A stretch of 63,655 nt of DNA, filler included, from Octopus bimaculoides (GCF_001194135.2; 6 parts of 5 records of this genome joined end to end with filler, not necessarily neighbours in it), one strand, 5' to 3'. Positions 1-11,826 are shown, numbered from the whole stretch's first letter. Notes: a model not told the origin generated them from the letters alone. Translations and numbers: made by a program.

Positions 1-689
1 ATGAAGAATCTGTGGTGGGGAGGCAGTGAATTAAAACATTGAGAACGGGTTTTATGGGCGAAATCCTAATCTCCTGTGTCGAAAACATAGAAATCAGGAG
101 AAATTCAGGAGAAATAAGGGGTGCGTGTGTGTGCAAATGTCACCTTGGGCATGCTAGAATAGGTAAAGGGCAGGATTTCTGGCAAAATTTCCTTTTAAGT
201 TAATATCGAAGATCAGGTTTTTAAATACGCTCATTACAAACACAAATTACAGAATAGAAAAAAGTCATTTCAATTGGATTTGAGCTGTAATTTTGCGCGT
301 GCACACAGCAAGAAATAACATAATTTGTGCAGAAGTTTTACCTAGAAAGAAAGAGAGATAGAGATAGAGAGAGAGAGAGAGAGATAGAGAGGGAGAGATA
401 GAGAGTGTGTGTGTGTTCCGCCCCTTTTCTCTCCCTCTACCACTCTTTCTCCTTACCCCTCGCTGGTCACATGTGTCCAGCTAATTCTTTTCTTCCTTGG
501 CTATCGCCAAGCAAACATACGAATCTACTTCGTCCCGCTTCCTTCCAGTTCGTTGCTTCACAGCGTTCAATATACACATAATTTTTCACGTCTGGCCGTA
601 TAGCCTTTTCCGTTTGTTTTCCTGTCTTCTTTTCTGTCCGCCACTACATTCCTCCATGGCACAAATTTAATTTGTGGGTACAAATTTAG

Positions 690-960
690 TTTGTGGTCCG
701 TGGGAAGAGTCATTTTAACGATGTGTCCTGCCCTAACTCTTCGAAACGCCTGTGTTAGAATGGTGGTAGCTGATGAAGGAAAATGTTCTCTATGTGGCCT
801 GTGTGTTTTCTGTACTCTGGTTATTATTATTCTTTTGTCTACGTTTTGTTTGCAACGTCCTGTACCCAGATATGCACCTATATATACAGGTAGATGTAGG
901 TTTGCACATACTTGTACGTATATATACATATACTCATTTATTATTTGTTTTATATATACA
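690..960 (+). repeat. Dispersed repeat (Penelope-terminal/retrozyme-like) with vestigial hammerhead motifs, copy 1
   Basis: TCTTCGAAACGCC...AGCTGATGAAGGAAAATGTTC and downstream GTCCTGTACCCAGATATGCA match the reverse complement of 53224-53430 and the + copy at 56428-56522. The PLE link is inferred from the CTGATGA/GAAAC motifs. Confidence 0.6.
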
Positions 961-1600
961 NNNNNNNNNNNNNNNNNNNNNNNNNNNNNNNNNNNNNNNN
1001 NNNNNNNNNNNNNNNNNNNNNNNNNNNNNNNNNNNNNNNNNNNNNNNNNNNNNNNNNNNNNNNNNNNNNNNNNNNNNNNNNNNNNNNNNNNNNNNNNNNN
1101 NNNNNNNNNNNNNNNNNNNNNNNNNNNNNNNNNNNNNNNNNNNNNNNNNNNNNNNNNNNNNNNNNNNNNNNNNNNNNNNNNNNNNNNNNNNNNNNNNNNN
1201 NNNNNNNNNNNNNNNNNNNNNNNNNNNNNNNNNNNNNNNNNNNNNNNNNNNNNNNNNNNNNNNNNNNNNNNNNNNNNNNNNNNNNNNNNNNNNNNNNNNN
1301 NNNNNNNNNNNNNNNNNNNNNNNNNNNNNNNNNNNNNNNNNNNNNNNNNNNNNNNNNNNNNNNNNNNNNNNNNNNNNNNNNNNNNNNNNNNNNNNNNNNN
1401 NNNNNNNNNNNNNNNNNNNNNNNNNNTCACACAAGAAATATATACCCAATATATAAAACTGACTTAATGTTAAAATCATTTTGAAATTGTGATTTTGATG
1501 CCGTTTTTATTCCGACTTTCGCAGTGCCGTTTTTCGATTACGATTAAGGATAAATCACAGACAACAAACTGCTGTAGGTGTGATATATTTGGTTTAGACG

Positions 1601-1815
1601 AAGGCGGCGAACTTGCAGAAACGTTAGCACGCCGGGCGAAATGCTTAGGGATATTTCGTCTGTCTTTACATTCTGAGTTCAAATTCTACTGAGGTCGATT
1701 TTGCCTTTCATTCTTTCGGGGTCGATAAATTAAGTACCAGTTGCGTACTGGGGTGGGTCTAATCGACTGGCCCCTCCCCACCAATTTCGGGCCTTGTACC
1801 TAGAGTAAAAAAGAA
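1601..1815 (+). mobile_element. tRNA-derived SINE, family A (GGCGGCGAGCTGGCAG head), near full length
   Basis: A/B-box-like head (GAGTTCAAATTC) and a shared body GGGGTCGATAAATTAAGTACCAG...GGCCTTGT(A/G)CCTAG that recurs at 13475, 37308 and 53595. Confidence 0.85.
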
Positions 1816-1924
1816 AATAAAAAAGAATATTTGGTTTAGACAAGGTTTACTAATTCTGAAAATGTAATAGTGAAATGCACGTTTAAAATTAAAATATAGT
1901 GTTGCAACATGAATTGAAATATAA

Positions 1925-2100
1925 GGGTATACATGGTTTCGTGTTCAGTTCCACTACGTGGCACCTTGGGCAAGTGTTTTGTGTTGTAACCTTGAACTGA
2001 CTAAAGCCTTGTGATTGGATTTGTAGACGGAAGCATATATCTATGTGTGTTTGTGTTTGTATTACCCACCACCACTTAACAACCAGTGTTGGTTTGATTA
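1925..2100 (+). mobile_element. tRNA-derived SINE, family B, diverged 5' part
   Basis: GTTCAGTTCCACTACGTGGCACCTTGGGCAAGTG...AAAGCCTTGTGATTGGATTTGTAGACGGAA aligns with the family B copies at 38205 and 51910. Confidence 0.7.
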
Positions 2101-2218
2101 CGATCCTACAAGCATTTGGGCAGGAATCCGGTTTAAGAGTACCTTCGTTCCTTCGTTCCTCCGGGAGGGGGAAGGAAAGAGAGAAAGATGGAGATAGGGA
2201 GAGAAAGCAGGAGGGAAG

Positions 2219-2257
<39 letters not shown>

Positions 2258-2972
2258 GAGAAAGAGAAAACGAAAGACAGAGATATTTAGATATACATGT
2301 AGATTGATAGATAAATAAAAAGATAAAAATGAGAATAAAAAGTGGAAGAGAGTAGAATAGACTGACGAAGAAGGGAAGGAAGAAAGAAGGAAGGAAAAAG
2401 TGAGAGACAAGACAAGATAAGATAGGGTATTGTAGAATAAGTGACAGATAAGGAATGAAAGAGAGAAATAAATAAATAGAAGAAGCAAGATATAAAAAGA
2501 AAGTAAGAAACGAAAGAAATCGAGAACGAAGTAGAAAAAGAAAGAAATGGAGAAAGAAAGAAAAGAGAAGAAACAGAGAGAGAGAGAGAGAGCGGGGAGA
2601 GAGGTAGGGAAAGAAAAATTGAGAGAAAGAAAAAGAAAGAGAGGAAAAAGAGAGAAAGGAGTAAACTTCCAAATAATGAACGAATAAAAACAAAAGAATT
2701 ACATCTATAATAACTATAGTAACTGAAACAATAACAATAACTATAATAACTGAAACAATAACAACAACAATATAAGACATAAAAATAAGTGAAGACAAAA
2801 GACAAAACAACAAAGAAAACTTTGAAGAACAACAAAAAAAAAACAACAAAAAAACTGAAAGAAAATGTCAGAATGTTATATGGTTATCACTGAAAGCTAT
2901 GGAAAACCGAGATGGAAATTGTAGGAATGCGAGAGATGTTGCTCGCCACAAATGTATGAAGTGAGCACGCTG

Positions 2973-3065
2973 GAAGAAGAAGAATAAAGAAGAAGAAGAA
3001 GAAGAAGAAGAAGAAGAAGAAGAAGAAGAAGAAGAAGAAGAAGAAGAAGAAGAAGAAGAAGAAGA
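2973..3065. repeat. (GAA)n microsatellite at the end of a long purine-rich low-complexity tract (2160-3100)
   Basis: Direct tandem GAA array. Confidence 0.95.
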
Positions 3066-3493
3066 GATAGAAGTAGAGAAAAAAATATGGAGAAGGCGAG
3101 AAAAATGGCGGAACGCAAATATAAATTGAATGAATCAGCAGATATTTGGAATTCTTAAGCAAAAGGTGTAATGTAATGTAGTAGAAGATATCGGTGTTGG
3201 CAATGTGTTAACTGGTGACCGTGTCTGGCCACACGCACACTGGACTTGACTGGGCAGAGAAGATATTTATGGACAAACCTGGAGGCGAAACGTTAAAACA
3301 AATAATGATAAAGCTAAAATAGATTTAAAGTAAACTGGATGGTGGCGTTGAAAGATTGATATATGGCGATAAAGATAGATAGATTGATAGATAGAAAGAT
3401 ACAGAGAAAGAAACATAGTTAAGGAGTCCGGTATATGTGTGTGTGTGCGTGTGTGCGTATGTATGTGTATATTCAAATGTATATAAATATAAA

Positions 3494-3526
<33 letters not shown>

Positions 3527-3726
3527 GCATACATACACACATATAGACAGACAGATAGATAGATAGCTAATAGATAAAGAGAGAGAGAGTTTGTCAGTCA
3601 GACTTGTAGATGAACACACACACACCCATATATACATATATACATACACACACATACATACATACACGCGCACACACGTACACACACATACGCACACACA
3701 TACATACATCTATATCTATATTTATG

Positions 3727-3780
<54 letters not shown>

Positions 3781-5527
3781 AACATAAATTCAAACACACT
3801 CGTACATATACAAGGTAGCATGATAATATATAGACTGTGATAGAACGTCTAGTTTATTGATACACAGACACGTTAAGTTAATAATTACAAATTACAAATG
3901 GAAACAGACAGGTATATGGATTAAAAAAAAAAATGGGTGGGTAAGAACGAGAAATTATGGCGTCAAAAATAGAGGGTGGAAAGGAAAAAAAAACGACGGT
4001 AGTGTTTAGGAAGACGAGAGAGACTAAACAATAGAACGACGAATACATAACTGTATCCAGCAAGATCTAATGCTTGTCGACAATTGCTGTCATCTTGACT
4101 TGTCCTCGACAAGCATTATGCACTATTTCTGAAGTATCATGTAAGAGACTATTACTGATAATCTATATATATAAAACAACATCAATTTAAACAACACGCC
4201 TAGGAGCTCGGGAATAGATCCACTCAGGTTTCTTGTATGTTATATTATTGTCTTTGTTTTTAGTAGGTTCAATATCCACTACTATATCCTCGACTATTTA
4301 CACTCGCAAACGTATTCATCACGCTAGGTCGTTGGTCAGATGTCAAGTTGGTTTAAATTTTCAACGTGGACGAGAAAATTATATCGTAGAAACCTCTAGA
4401 GATTATTGAACAAGGCTGAGATTAATTTTCACTTGCTTCTATACGACACCACTGTTTTGGTGCAAATATTAGAGCTTCGCTGACGAATTCCGACTTCTCA
4501 AATGACAGTGCGTTTTGTAAAGCCGGCTTTTTACGTACGACAATGACACTGCAGTTGACAGCAACACAAGATACTTAGACATAAACACAACACAATTACT
4601 TCCCTCTCCCGTATTAAAACCTTTTATAGAGTCGGGAGTTTAGTTTATGTTTGACACCAAATCAACCCTGATCAAGCAGACATATAACCAACAGCGATCC
4701 AAGCGTGACCATTCCGCTTTCCTTCTTCATCAGATATAATGTATCTAAATCCACATCATTAACCTGTCTTTCGTAATTTTTATTTTTATTTTCAGACGGC
4801 GGTTTGAGGGAGACATGGCTGTTATTTCTAGGAAATCGTGAGACCATGAAGAGACTGTCTCGAACCGGGGTTTGTCTGAATGCTTTCTTTATCTTATATT
4901 TGTTTCGATCGTTGGACTGCGACCATGCTGGGGCACTGCCATGAAGTGTTTAATCGCACATATCATTTCCATCACAGACCTATGTTGCTGTGAATTTGCT
5001 ATTTTTAAGGTAGCGTTCGGCATTTTTATGTAAGTAAGTATGTATGTATGTATGCATGCATTCATGTATATACAAATAAAGCTAAATGCACAACTACGTG
5101 TATATAAATATACACAATGTAACATTTTAAATAAGCGTTGAAAAAATGTATTGTACGAAGCAAATAAGATGATAACTTTTTTAAAGTAATTTTTTTTTGC
5201 CAACGTAAAGTGGCAATCCTGATTAGGATCAATGTTGCTGTTATTTAGCGTCAGGAAAGCATCGTTTCCAGCTGGCTATCGATGCACTAACTGCGTCCTT
5301 ATATTTTCGAACAAGGGAGCCAGTGTCCCCACTCAGCTCAGGCGACACCAGTTCCTGTACGAAGTATATACTTTTCAAAGTGACACACAGTGACTGATCT
5401 CATAAATAGAGAAACTATTAGTTCTAAATCTCTGAACGAGAAATATGCGGCAACAGTACGATAGAGTAAAGTTTATTTACCGTTAGAACAGCAGAAATAT
5501 TGGATAAATTACCCTTACAAAGCGGAA

Positions 5528-5630
5528 AAATTTGTCAACAACCAGACATGCAACTCGAACCCACATCCCTCAAAGATTCTGGCGGAGTGCTTTACCATTA
5601 AGCTAAGCTAAGCTGCTCGCTGACAAATTT
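5528..5630 (-). other. tRNA-like (A box/B box) SINE head or tRNA pseudogene
   Basis: Minus strand reads GCTTAGCTTAATGGTAAAGCAC...GGGTTCGAGTTGCATG. No clean acceptor stem, so not called a tRNA. Confidence 0.5.
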
Positions 5631-5817
5631 ATCTGCAAATTTAGATGCTATAAAGCTAAACGCACAACTACGTGTATATAAATATACACAAACTAACATT
5701 TGTTTTTGCTTTGTTTTATGAGTGCCGAAAATGTGGATTGTACGATACAAATAAGATGACAATTTTTTTCGAACGCTAAAACGCCGTTAGAACAACAGAA
5801 ATATTGGGTAATATACG

Positions 5818-5870
<53 letters not shown>

Positions 5871-6879
5871 CATCTATCTATCTATCTATCTTTTTGCTGT
5901 ATCTTGACTCACAAGAAAATTTGTTTCGGCACACGGATTCACATGAAGAATCTTGCAAACAAAAACGAAGTATATCTTATCTTTTTACTTGTTCCCCTCA
6001 TTANNNNNNNNNNNNNNNNNNNNNNNNNNNNNNNNNNNNNNNNNNNNNNNNNNNNNNNNNNNNNNNNNNNNNNNNNNNNNNNNNNNNNNNNNNNNNNNNN
6101 NNNNNNNNNNNNNNNNNNNNNNNNNNNNNNNNNNNNNNNNNNNNNNNNNNNNNNNNNNNNNNNNNNNNNNNNNNNNNNNNNNNNNNNNNNNNNNNNNNNN
6201 NNNNNNNNNNNNNNNNNNNNNNNNNNNNNNNNNNNNNNNNNNNNNNNNNNNNNNNNNNNNNNNNNNNNNNNNNNNNNNNNNNNNNNNNNNNNNNNNNNNN
6301 NNNNNNNNNNNNNNNNNNNNNNNNNNNNNNNNNNNNNCTGTATGTATTAAACGCACATTCAATTGACACTCAGAAGTTGATGATATCATCTTATATACAA
6401 TAACAGTGTTTATAGTGAGTCGGCGAAATTCCGTACTGGTTTAATTGGTAATCCATCGGATTTCGAATATTCCAGCCCCACCAAAAAAAAAAAAAAAAAA
6501 AGAAAAAAACCCATCACCACCACCACCACCAACACTGCCACCTCAACAACAATAACAGCAACAACAACAGGGATGAAGAACATTAGCAACACCTAGGATA
6601 GTAAGGGAAGAAACAAGAGACGATATATGAGAAATAATAGACGCATCTAGGAATACAGGAATGGAAATTTATATTCTGGGAGTCCGCCCCTTTTCTCCAA
6701 AAATAAAAAAAAACAAAAATTGAAGTAAAATAAAAAATAAAGTTTTTTGTTTTCAATAAATAAAGAAATATAACAACAAGAGCAAAACAGAACGAAATCA
6801 ACCAAAAACAACTGTAAAATAAAAACAAAGGAAACAAAGAAATAGGAATGAAGCTTTGTCATTATCAGCCAGTATAGCT

Positions 6880-6898
6880 GCTGCTGCTGCTGCTGCTG

Positions 6899-6964
<66 letters not shown>

Positions 6965-6997
6965 TCGCAACTGCCACCACCACTACCGCTACCACCA

Positions 6998-7048
<51 letters not shown>

Positions 7049-7340
7049 CACCACCAGCACCGCCAACATCACTACTGCCACAACTACCACCAACAGCAAA
7101 TATTACCACATCAGTTCCATCAGTAGTATCTGTCATCATCATCATCACCACCTCTGCTGTCTCCAGCAGCAGCAGCACCCCCCACCATCATCACCACCAC
7201 CACCACCATCATCATCACCACCACCACATCCCCATCACAAGCAAAAACAACAACAACAACAACAACAACAAAAACAACAACAACAACAACAACAATAACA
7301 ACAACAAAAACAACAACAACAACAACAGCAACAGCAGCAG
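6880..7340. repeat. Compound trinucleotide microsatellite (GCT-ACT-ACC-CAT-AAC)
   Basis: Successive triplet arrays visible directly. Confidence 0.9.
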
Positions 7341-7548
7341 TCGCAGCAGAAACGAGGAAACCTTATAAACCGTAAGTGTACAAAAGGTTAAGACTTCGCT
7401 CGTGTCACATTACAGTCTTTCTGTGGTTCAGTTTACATTTAGTGGTGACCCAGGACAGTAACTAAGGTGTCAACAAGTCGAACAAGAGCACTCGAATGTG
7501 TCAAATCATGGTGTTAGATCGAACAAGCGATCAGCGTCACACCCCATC

Positions 7549-7580
<32 letters not shown>

Positions 7581-8387
7581 NNNNNNNNNNNNNNNNNNNN
7601 NNNNNNNNNNNNNNNNNNNNNNNNNNNNNNNNNNNNNNNNNNNNNNNNNNNNNNNNNNNNNNNNNNNNNNNNNNNNNNNNNNNNNNNNNNNNNNNNNNNN
7701 NNNNNNNNNNNNNNNNNNNNNNNNNNNNNNNNNNNNNNNNNNNNNNNNNNNNNNNNNNNNNNNNNNNNNNNNNNNNNNNNNNNNNNNNNNNNNNNNNNNN
7801 NNNNNNNNNNNNNNNNNNNNNNNNNNNNNNNNNNNNNNNNNNNNNNNNNNNNNNNNNNNNNNNNNNNNNNNNNNNNNNNNNNNNNNNNNNNNNNNNNNNN
7901 NNNNNNNNNNNNNNNNNNNNNNNNNNNNNNNNNNNNNNNNNNNNNNNNNNNNNNNNNNNNNNNNNNNNNNNNNNNNNNNNNNNNNNNNNNNNNNNNNNNN
8001 NNNNNNNNNNNNNNNNNNNNNNNNNNNNNNNNNNNNNNNNNNNNNNNNNNNNNNNNNNNNNNNNNNNNNNNNNNNNNNNNNNNNNNNNNNNNNNNNNNNN
8101 NNNNNNNNNNNNNNNNNNNNNNNNNNNNNNNNNNNNNNNNNNNNNNNNNNNNNNNNNNNNNNNNNNNNNNNNNNNNNNNNNNNNNNNNNNNNNNNNNNNN
8201 NNNNNNNNNNNNNNNNNNNNNNNNNNNNNNNNNNNNNNNNNNNNNNNNNNNNNNNNNNNNNNNNNNNNNNNNNNNNNNNNNNNNNNNNNNNNNNNNNNNN
8301 NNNNNNNNNNNNNNNNNNNNNNNNNNNNNNNNNNNNNNNNNNNNNNNNNNNNGAAGGTAGTATTTACGATCGTTTCGAACATTGAGC

Positions 8388-8477
8388 AGTAGTCATGATG
8401 TAGTCATGCAGTAGTCATGCAGTAGTCATGCAGTAGTCATGCAGTAGTCATGCAGTAGTCATGCAGTAGTCATGATG
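8388..8477. repeat. 11-bp minisatellite (GTAGTCATGCA)n, about 8 copies
   Basis: Direct tandem copies. Confidence 0.9.
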
Positions 8478-8582
8478 TCAGCATTTTGACAGCTGGCATG
8501 AATCATCATAACACAGGTAACTCTTTTCCAGTATTTAAATAGTTTCCAGTCCTCTATGTTAACAAACTTTTTCTATACTTAC

Positions 8583-8642
8583 AACTTTAATCTTTATGCT
8601 CTCCAACGCCGTTTGACTGTTCACTAATACATCAAGCTGTTT
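8583..8642 (-). CDS. Candidate internal coding exon (KQLDVLVNSQTALESIKIKV), product unknown
   Basis: Acceptor TTTTCAATGTCTTCTTTTTCAG, donor GTT|GTAAGTAT, 60 nt open in phase 0-0. No homology recognised. Confidence 0.35.
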
Positions 8643-8689
8643 CTGAAAAAGAAGACATTGAAAATCGTCAAATTTATCCCGGGCGCCCC

Positions 8690-8727
<38 letters not shown>

Positions 8728-9981
8728 NNNNNNNNNNNNNNNNNNNNNNNNNNNNNNNNNNNNNNNNNNNNNNNNNNNNNNNNNNNNNNNNNNNNNNNNN
8801 NNNNNNNNNNNNNNNNNNNNNNNNNNNNNNNNNNNNNNNNNNNNNNNNNNNNNNNNNNNNNNNNNNNNNNNNNNNNNNNNNNNNNNNNNNNNNNNNNNNN
8901 NNNNNNNNNNNNNNNNNNNNNNNNNNNNNNNNNNNNNNNNNNNNNNNNNNNNNNNNNNNNNNNNNNNNNNNNNNNNNNNNNNNNNNNNNNNNNNNNNNNN
9001 NNNNNNNNNNNNNNNNNNNNNNNNNNNNNNNNNNNNNNNNNNNNNNNNNNNNNNNNNNNNNNNNNNNNNNNNNNNNNNNNNNNNNNNNNNNNNNNNNNNN
9101 NNNNNNNNNNNNNNNNNNNNNNNNNNNNNNNNNNNNNNNNNNNNNNNNNNNNNNNNNNNNNNNNNNNNNNNNNNNNNNNNNNNNNNNNNNNNNNNNNNNN
9201 NNNNNNNNNNNNNNNNNNNNNNNNNNNNNNNNNNNNNNNNNNNNNNNNNNNNNNNNNNNNNNNNNNNNNNNNNNNNNNNNNNNNNNNNNNNNNNNNNNNN
9301 NNNNNNNNNNNNNNNNNNNNNNNNNNNNNNNNNNNNNNNNNNNNNNNNNNNNNNNNNNNNNNNNNNNNNNNNNNNNNNNNNNNNNNNNNNNNNNNNNNNN
9401 NNNNNNNNNNNNNNNNNNNNNNNNNNNNNNNNNNNNNNNNNNNNNNNNNNNNNNNNNNNNNNNNNNNNNNNNNNNNNNNNNNNNNNNNNNNNNNNNNNNN
9501 NNNNNNNNNNNNNNNNNNNNNNNNNNNNNNNNNNNNNNNNNNNNNTATATATATGCGGACGAAGAGAGAGAAAATGAAAGAGAGAAAGTAAGATATTTGG
9601 ATAGATGAATAGATAGATAGATAGACATATAGATAGATAGATAGAGATAGATATATAGATAGACTGAGATAGAGAGAGATAGAAAGAAAGAGAAAGAGAG
9701 AAATGGATAGAGTGAGAGAGCACGAGGGGGTGGAATGTGATGCAGGGTAGAGCTGGAGATAGAAAATTTTGATTGAGAAGTGGAGGAGAGGTGAGGGTTA
9801 AAAGAGAAGTAGCATTGTAGTGACAAAATGTATGGCGAAAAGAGCAAATTGGGCAATTATAGCGCCACCTAGTTGTCGTCAGTGAAAGGACACTCTCCCA
9901 TGAGAGGAAACATTTGCGGAAATACCAGCGCAACGGACCAGGGAAACATGTAAACAGACCCCAAAGAACAACAATGATAAT

Positions 9982-10013
<32 letters not shown>

Positions 10014-10029
10014 AATGCTGCTGCTGCTG

Positions 10030-10071
<42 letters not shown>

Positions 10072-10298
10072 TAATGGGCACAACTACGATATAAACAGCC
10101 TTAGCAACGGTGGCAACAACAAAAATAATTATAATAAAAACTACAAATTTAACAAAGGGGAAAAACAGCAACAACAATTCCAGCAGCAGCAGCAACAACA
10201 ACAATAACAACAATAATGATAACTACAACATTAACAACAACGATAGAAAGAACAGTGAGAACGACAGAGACAATAAACAATAACAACAACAACAATAG

Positions 10299-10378
10299 TA
10301 AGAACAATAAGAAACAATAAGAAACAATAAGAAACAATAAGAAACAATAAGAAACAATAAGAAACAATAAGAAACAAA
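10299..10378. repeat. 10-bp tandem repeat (AAGAAACAAT)n
   Basis: About 8 direct copies. Confidence 0.9.
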
Positions 10379-10701
10379 TGCAGCTTTAACAATGATAAGG
10401 AAAACAAAAACAATCAAATACAAACAACAGTAAGAACAGCAACNNNNNNNNNNNNNNNNNNNNNNNNNNNNNNNNNNNNNNNNNNNNNNNNNNNNNNNNN
10501 NNNNNNNNNNNNNNNNNNNNNNNNNNNNNNNNNNNNNNNNNNNNNNNNNNNNNNNNNNNNNNNNNNNNNNNNNNNNNNNNNNNNNNNNNNNNNNNNNNNN
10601 NNNNNNNNNNNNNNNNNNNNNNNNNNNNNNNNNNNNNNNNNNNNNNNNNNNNNNNNNNNNNNNNNNNNNNNNNNNNNNNNNNNNNNNNNNNNNNNNNNNN
10701 N

Positions 10702-10932
10702 GTGTGTGTGTATATGTTTGTGTCTGTGTCCCCCCCCCCAACATCGCCTGACAACCGATGCTGGTGTGTTTACGTCCCCGTAACTTAGCGGTTCGGCAAA
10801 AGAGACCGATAGAATAAGTACTAGGCTTACAAAGAATAAGTCCTGGGGTCGATTTGCTCGACTAAAGGTGGTGCTCCAGCATAGCCGCAGTCAAATGATT
10901 GAAACAAGTAAAAGAGTAAAAGAGTAAAAGAG
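10702..10932 (+). mobile_element. SINE family B, 3' half (5' part in gap) with AAAAGAGT-type tail
   Basis: CCCCGTAACTTAGCGGTTCGGCAAAAGAGACCGATAG...CTGGGGTCGATTTGCTCGACT, shared with 38400, 52260 and 57200(-). Confidence 0.85.
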
Positions 10933-11692
10933 TATCAGCATCATCAACAGTGCGGAGTCCCCTATGCCGTGGCACGACTTTCAAGAAACAGCAACTAAAT
11001 CTCCCTCAAATCATTGCCAGTCGTCTTAAATAAGTCTTTGATATCACTAAAAATACTGGACGGTCACGGATGAGGTGTCTTTAATCATATGGTTTACAGC
11101 AAACACTTGTAGGCACTTTTTCGAGAAGCGGGCCGCATGAGACATGGAGAATCATCAGGCGGGTTGCACTACTAAAAATAAATTCAAGTTAATTTTTCCT
11201 TAGGCGTGTCATTCAGAAAGTCCCGCGGGCCACAATTTGCTGAGCTGGGACGAAACAACAGACACGTTATTAACAACATTAACAATGGTTGTATGATAAT
11301 GACGGTTGGGTCCTCGGTCAGTTGCGATGATGAGCATGCTGTTGTTCATTCAATTGACTCATTGAATTATATAGACTGCAAGTCGCTGAGTATTCCACAG
11401 ACACGTGTACTCTAAATGTAACCTTAGGGAGAATCAGCGCGACGCCATACAGAACAAAGTCGGTCCTTTGGATTACAGGCACAATCCGTACGATAAGATT
11501 CCACACAGTTTCCTTCTACGGACTCTCACTAACAAGGCCTGGGTATACACAAAGCTATATTAAAAATACTTGTCTGAAGTACCAACCCACGGTGTGGGAT
11601 CGAAGATGAGTTCTCATGATCGCGAGGTCATGTCTGTGTCCTTATTAACATTAAGCATGACTCTAATTATAAATTCTTATGAATATATATAT

Positions 11693-11726
<34 letters not shown>

Positions 11727-11826
11727 NNNNNNNNNNNNNNNNNNNNNNNNNNNNNNNNNNNNNNNNNNNNTTAATTAATTAANNNNNNNNNNNNNNNNNN
11801 NNNNNNNNNNNNNNNNNNNNNNNNNN
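11727..11826. other. Artificial 100-bp scaffold spacer 44N+TTAATTAATTAA+44N (also 15221-15320, 24169-24268, 49102-49201, 61758-61857)
   Basis: Identical geometry five times. TTAATTAATTAA puts stop codons in all six frames. Confidence 0.95.

Noticed and set aside
567-1484. Long ORFs spanning N runs (also 5804-6403, 7496-9933, 13959-15117, 17865-18672, 22500-23189, 40157-43315, 52848-53447)
   Set aside because: They are open only because N codons contain no stops.
1889-2849. Phe/Leu/Ser-rich minus-strand ORFs of 180-240 aa
   Set aside because: Antisense translation of GA-rich low-complexity DNA, with no domain.
4796-4837. Exon candidate after a strong acceptor (also 56017-56283 ORF and 20091-20128)
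   Set aside because: The sequence is a recurring repeat tail (TTTGAGGGAGATTTGGCTGCTATTTCTAG-type or SINE-derived), not unique coding DNA.
5528-5630. Functional tRNA gene (also 47345-47420)
   Set aside because: A and B boxes are present but there is no consistent acceptor or anticodon stem, so these are more likely SINE heads.
8388-8477. CRISPR-like array (also 47500-47990)
   Set aside because: No unique spacers, no cas genes, and a eukaryotic context; these are simple tandem repeats.
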